Origin: Desulfatiglandales bacterium
GTDB lineage: Bacteria > Desulfobacterota > DSM-4660 > Desulfatiglandales > HGW-15
Assembly: GCA_963667015.2 (NCBI GenBank)
Contig: CAXXJJ010000001.1
Span: 160,001 to 224,000 of the forward strand
Direction: 5' to 3'
DNA length: 64,000 bases
Under the pieces are notes generated by a model. That model was not told where the DNA came from and searched no databases. It saw only the letters and a program-made list of their open reading frames with translations. Below are positions 61,074 to 64,000 of the stretch, piece after piece (position 1 is the stretch's first letter; every line of letters starts with the position of its first letter). The position numbers and the translations under genes are program-made.

Positions 61074-61961
61074 TCATTTTTTAATTATTGTATATTTATT
61101 AATCATATGATGAGGAAGGTAGGATTCCTTTGCCTTCCTGAGCCCCTCCACTCCCAGATCCTGCTCCCGGTTGATAAATTCGATTTCAGACCATGCATTG
61201 CTGCAGAACATCTGGTTTATGGCAGTATAAAGCCCCGGAATTTCAGGATTCGCCTTTTCAATATGTATTACCCCCGTATTTCCGTTCAATACCTCGCCCA
61301 GCGAAAAGGCCTCTATTCGCCCGTTAATCTTAATGGCGCCCCCCCGATAATCAAGATCCTCAAAGTAGGTCAGTGCCATGCGTACGGCATAATCTTCGGA
61401 TAGAAGGTCCGGTATCTCCATACACTCTCTCATTTTGCACCACTCCTCCTGCATATCGATGAAACACTCTACCAGTTCCAGGTCAAGCTCGCGATATTCA
61501 TACTGATAACTTTTTACAAACTGATTGAGGAGATTTTTTTTCCGGTGATATTTCCTGCCGGAGAGCTGAACAAGGTCGAGGGTTGAATAGACATAGTCAC
61601 TGTTATCCCTGTCAGGCAGGCATGAGAACCTATTTTGATCCACCACTTCGGAAACAAATCTTTCACCTGCCCTGCAGATCTTTGGCTCCCCGGTTTGCCA
61701 GCCAAGGTATTCCAGCAGTTTATCCAGGGCAGCAGATTTATCACCCAGTCCGACAGGCTGAAGTCCAAAAGGTGTCTTCCCTTCGGGGTTGAGGATTATC
61801 AGCAGGACATTATCCAGCTCTGTCCACACAGGATGATAAAGTCCCCGCCACATGAACAGATTTGTGAAGGTCAATTCCGAAATATCAGGAGGATCTTCTT
61901 TAAGATATCTATTGAAAATTTTCCTGTCTTCAATCTCAACCGGTTTAAAATCAAGAGACAT
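61074..61961 (-). CDS. DUF2156 (aminoacyl-phosphatidylglycerol synthase C-terminal-like) protein
   Basis: TFTNLFMW, DYVY, GRKYHRKKN, HIEKAN, INREQDLGVEGLRKAKESY. Confidence 0.85.
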   Translation of the reverse strand: MSLDFKPVEIEDRKIFNRYLKEDPPDISELTFTNLFMWRGLYHPVWTELDNVLLIILNPEGKTPFGLQPVGLGDKSAALDKLLEYLGWQTGEPKICRAGERFVSEVVDQNRFSCLPDRDNSDYVYSTLDLVQLSGRKYHRKKNLLNQFVKSYQYEYRELDLELVECFIDMQEEWCKMRECMEIPDLLSEDYAVRMALTYFEDLDYRGGAIKINGRIEAFSLGEVLNGNTGVIHIEKANPEIPGLYTAINQMFCSNAWSEIEFINREQDLGVEGLRKAKESYLPHHMINKYTIIKK

Positions 61962-61991
61962 ACTTGTTATCCTTTCAATATAAAAAACCCT

Positions 61992-62555
61992 TTATCCAGA
62001 TACAAGATGAGTGATAAGGACCTTAACACCTATCCCTATAAGGACAATGCCTGCAGCCACCTCCATCTTTTTCTCAAAAAAATGTGTCCCCCTGTCACCT
62101 ATCCATACCCCTATAAAGGACATGATAAATGTAATAACACCGATAATTAGAACAGGAGTAACGACAGATACATTAAGCAGCGCAAAGCTCACACCGGCAG
62201 CAAACGCATCAATACTTGTGGCTATTGACAGGGCAAAAAGCACACCTATATCCATGGGATCACACCTGTCTTCAGCACATTCAATCTTAAATGCCTCATA
62301 AATCATTTTACACCCGATGAACAGAAGCATACCAAACACTATCCAGTGGTCAATATGGGCAATATGGGCCTGAAGTTTCACTCCCCCAAGCCAGCCCAGA
62401 AGAGGCATGATTGCCTGAAAAAAACCAAACCATGCGGCAATAATAAGAGAATGTTTAATGCGCAGATCTTTTATAGCTATGCCACTGGCAATGGATACGG
62501 CAAATGCATCCATTCCCAGGGCAACAGCAAGAAGAATTATTGTTATAAGATTCAT
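61992..62555 (-). CDS. mntP: Manganese efflux pump
   Basis: LGMDAFAVS, FQAIMPLLG, DHW, ATSIDA. Confidence 0.9.
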   Translation of the reverse strand: MNLITIILLAVALGMDAFAVSIASGIAIKDLRIKHSLIIAAWFGFFQAIMPLLGWLGGVKLQAHIAHIDHWIVFGMLLFIGCKMIYEAFKIECAEDRCDPMDIGVLFALSIATSIDAFAAGVSFALLNVSVVTPVLIIGVITFIMSFIGVWIGDRGTHFFEKKMEVAAGIVLIGIGVKVLITHLVSG

Positions 62556-62690
62556 TTATTTTTAAAGCACCTGGATTTTTTATTAATCATTATTATTGTA
62601 ATATAGTTTACAATAGTCCAATTCATTAAACATGACAAGGTCTCATCAGAAAAGGAAATTGCTGAATAATTTTATGAGAGGTCAAAAACA

Positions 62691-63140
62691 ATGGGAAATG
62701 ACAGCATAATAATAAAATGCACAAACTGCGGAACAAAAAACCGGGTCCCGGTTTCAAAAAAAGGAGCAAACCCGGTATGCGGAAAATGCAAGACGCCCCT
62801 GTCAACAGATTTCGGCCCCGGAGTTCCGGTTGATATAACAGACCATACATTCGAGTCAGAGGTTGTCTCAAGCCCCGGTCCTGTACTTGTAGACTGCTGG
62901 GCACCATGGTGCGGACCATGCAGAAGCCTTGGCCCGGTACTGGAGCAGCTTGCTTCCGAGTATAAAGGAAGGCTGAAAATAGCAAAGCTTAACACTGATG
63001 ATAATCCGAAGATATCCATGAAATATAATATAAGGAGTATCCCTACAATGCTTCTTTTTAATAATGGTAATTTAGTGGATACACTGGTGGGAGCCCTGCC
63101 CAAGCAGGAGATTGAGAGAAAGCTTGCAGCGATTGTTTAA
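62691..63140 (+). CDS. trxC: Thioredoxin 2 (Zn-finger)
   Basis: CTNCGTKNR...CGKC plus WAPWCGPC. Confidence 0.88.
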   Translation: MGNDSIIIKCTNCGTKNRVPVSKKGANPVCGKCKTPLSTDFGPGVPVDITDHTFESEVVSSPGPVLVDCWAPWCGPCRSLGPVLEQLASEYKGRLKIAKLNTDDNPKISMKYNIRSIPTMLLFNNGNLVDTLVGALPKQEIERKLAAIV

Positions 63141-63144
63141 AAAC

Positions 63145-63218
63145 AGATACTTGATGCTGGATACTGGTTTCCGGATTTTTGATACTGGAAAAAACAAGAA
63201 AAACCAGTATCCGGTATC
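63145..63218. repeat. GATACTG heptamer palindromic repeat
   Basis: GATACTT-GATGCTG-GATACTG...GATACTGG versus CCAGTATC-CGGTATC. Confidence 0.6.
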
Positions 63219-63349
63219 TACTTAAATCAACTAATAAACGCTTCCATTTCTTCCAAAACACCCTTTCTATAGCTCACAATGCACTACAAAAATGAGTTAT
63301 AGAATGATAATCTATAACTCACAAAATGAAGCGAATTCTGTTAATCCAA

Positions 63350-63378
63350 TTGACAACTGTAACGTGACAACTTACAAT
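63350..63378 (+). promoter_or_regulatory. Sigma-70 promoter of higBA (probably leaderless transcript)
   Basis: TTGACA-N17-TACAAT, ATG 6 nt after the -10 box, no RBS. Confidence 0.65.
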
Positions 63379-63384
63379 GCCTTA

Positions 63385-63666
63385 ATGATAAAAACATTTG
63401 CCAATAAAGAAACACAACAACTTTATATCAAGGGTAAATCGAAACACGTGCCTTCGGATTTAATAAGAAGAGCTGTAAGACGACTTGAGTATATTAACCT
63501 GGCAAAAAAGATTGAAGACCTCAGGGTACCTCCCAGTAATCGTTTACATGCTCTCAAAGGCAATAGAGAAGGTCAATTTTCTATATCAATCAATAATCAA
63601 TGGCGTATCTGTTTTCGTTACATCGATGGCGATGCATATGATGTAGAAATAGCGGATTACCATTAA
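63385..63666 (+). CDS. higB: HigB/RelE family toxin
   Basis: MIKTFANKET, DLRVPPSNRLHALKG, SISINNQWRICF, DYH end. Confidence 0.9.
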   Translation: MIKTFANKETQQLYIKGKSKHVPSDLIRRAVRRLEYINLAKKIEDLRVPPSNRLHALKGNREGQFSISINNQWRICFRYIDGDAYDVEIADYH

Positions 63667-63675
63667 GGAGTAAAA

Positions 63676-63990
63676 ATGGCTATTAAGAACAATAAAAAGC
63701 GTGTAATACCACCGACTCATCCGGGAGAAATGCTCAGGGAAGATTTCATGCCCGATTTTGATCTAAATGCTACTTCAATGGCAAGTGCGTTAGGAGTATC
63801 AAGACAAACAATTAATGAACTGCTCAGAGAGCGGAGGTCGATAACTTCTTTAATGGCATTGAGGCTATCCAGACTTTTCGGAAATTCTCCTGATTTCTGG
63901 CTTAATGCTCAACATGCAAGGGATCTATGGGAATCTGAACAGCTTTATTATAAAGAATTAGTAAAAATCCAACCCTTAAATGCTGCATAA
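63676..63990 (+). CDS. higA: HigA family antitoxin
   Basis: PTHPGEMLREDF, HTH, MALRLSRLFGNSPDFWLNAQ. Confidence 0.9.
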   Translation: MAIKNNKKRVIPPTHPGEMLREDFMPDFDLNATSMASALGVSRQTINELLRERRSITSLMALRLSRLFGNSPDFWLNAQHARDLWESEQLYYKELVKIQPLNAA

Positions 63991-64000
63991 TTTTTTTGCT

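Noticed and set aside
1..64000. tRNA or rRNA genes
   Set aside because: None recognised by eye; a covariance-model scan would be needed to exclude them.

Overview
This is a 64-kb bacterial chromosomal window. Gene content (sigma-54 enhancer-binding regulation, hybrid kinases, fused carboxyltransferase) suggests an anaerobic deltaproteobacterium/Desulfobacterota; this is inference only. Most of it is housekeeping or metabolic: yggS, an HDAC-family deacetylase, a fused AccA-AccD, an AsmA-like protein, Nudix hydrolases, bioA-bioF-bioD-bioB, rsmE, a duplicated acyl-CoA dehydrogenase + CoA-transferase + beta-keto-acid cleavage cluster, pbpC, a carboxylesterase, a MATE pump, a YyaL-like protein, two-component kinases, mntP, trxC and higBA. 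The most notable part is a ~7.8-kb accessory island (~11.5-19.4 kb) bounded by a 28-bp direct repeat. It carries a PIN/Phd toxin-antitoxin pair and a Y1/HUH transposase enclosed by terminal inverted repeats. It also carries an integron-type cassette array on the minus strand, with two clear attC sites, an attI-like first crossover site and a Pc-like promoter. No integron integrase is present: a ParB-HTH-DNA methyltransferase fusion sits where intI would normally be. Other notable items are an ExeA + degenerate HD-GYP + Wzc-kinase-SPOR operon with no polysaccharide genes, an alpha-2-macroglobulin gene cleanly interrupted by an IS630 element, a RhuM-Fic gene split by an in-frame stop, and several families of intergenic palindromic repeats. 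All family assignments come from motif recognition by eye; no database searches were run.
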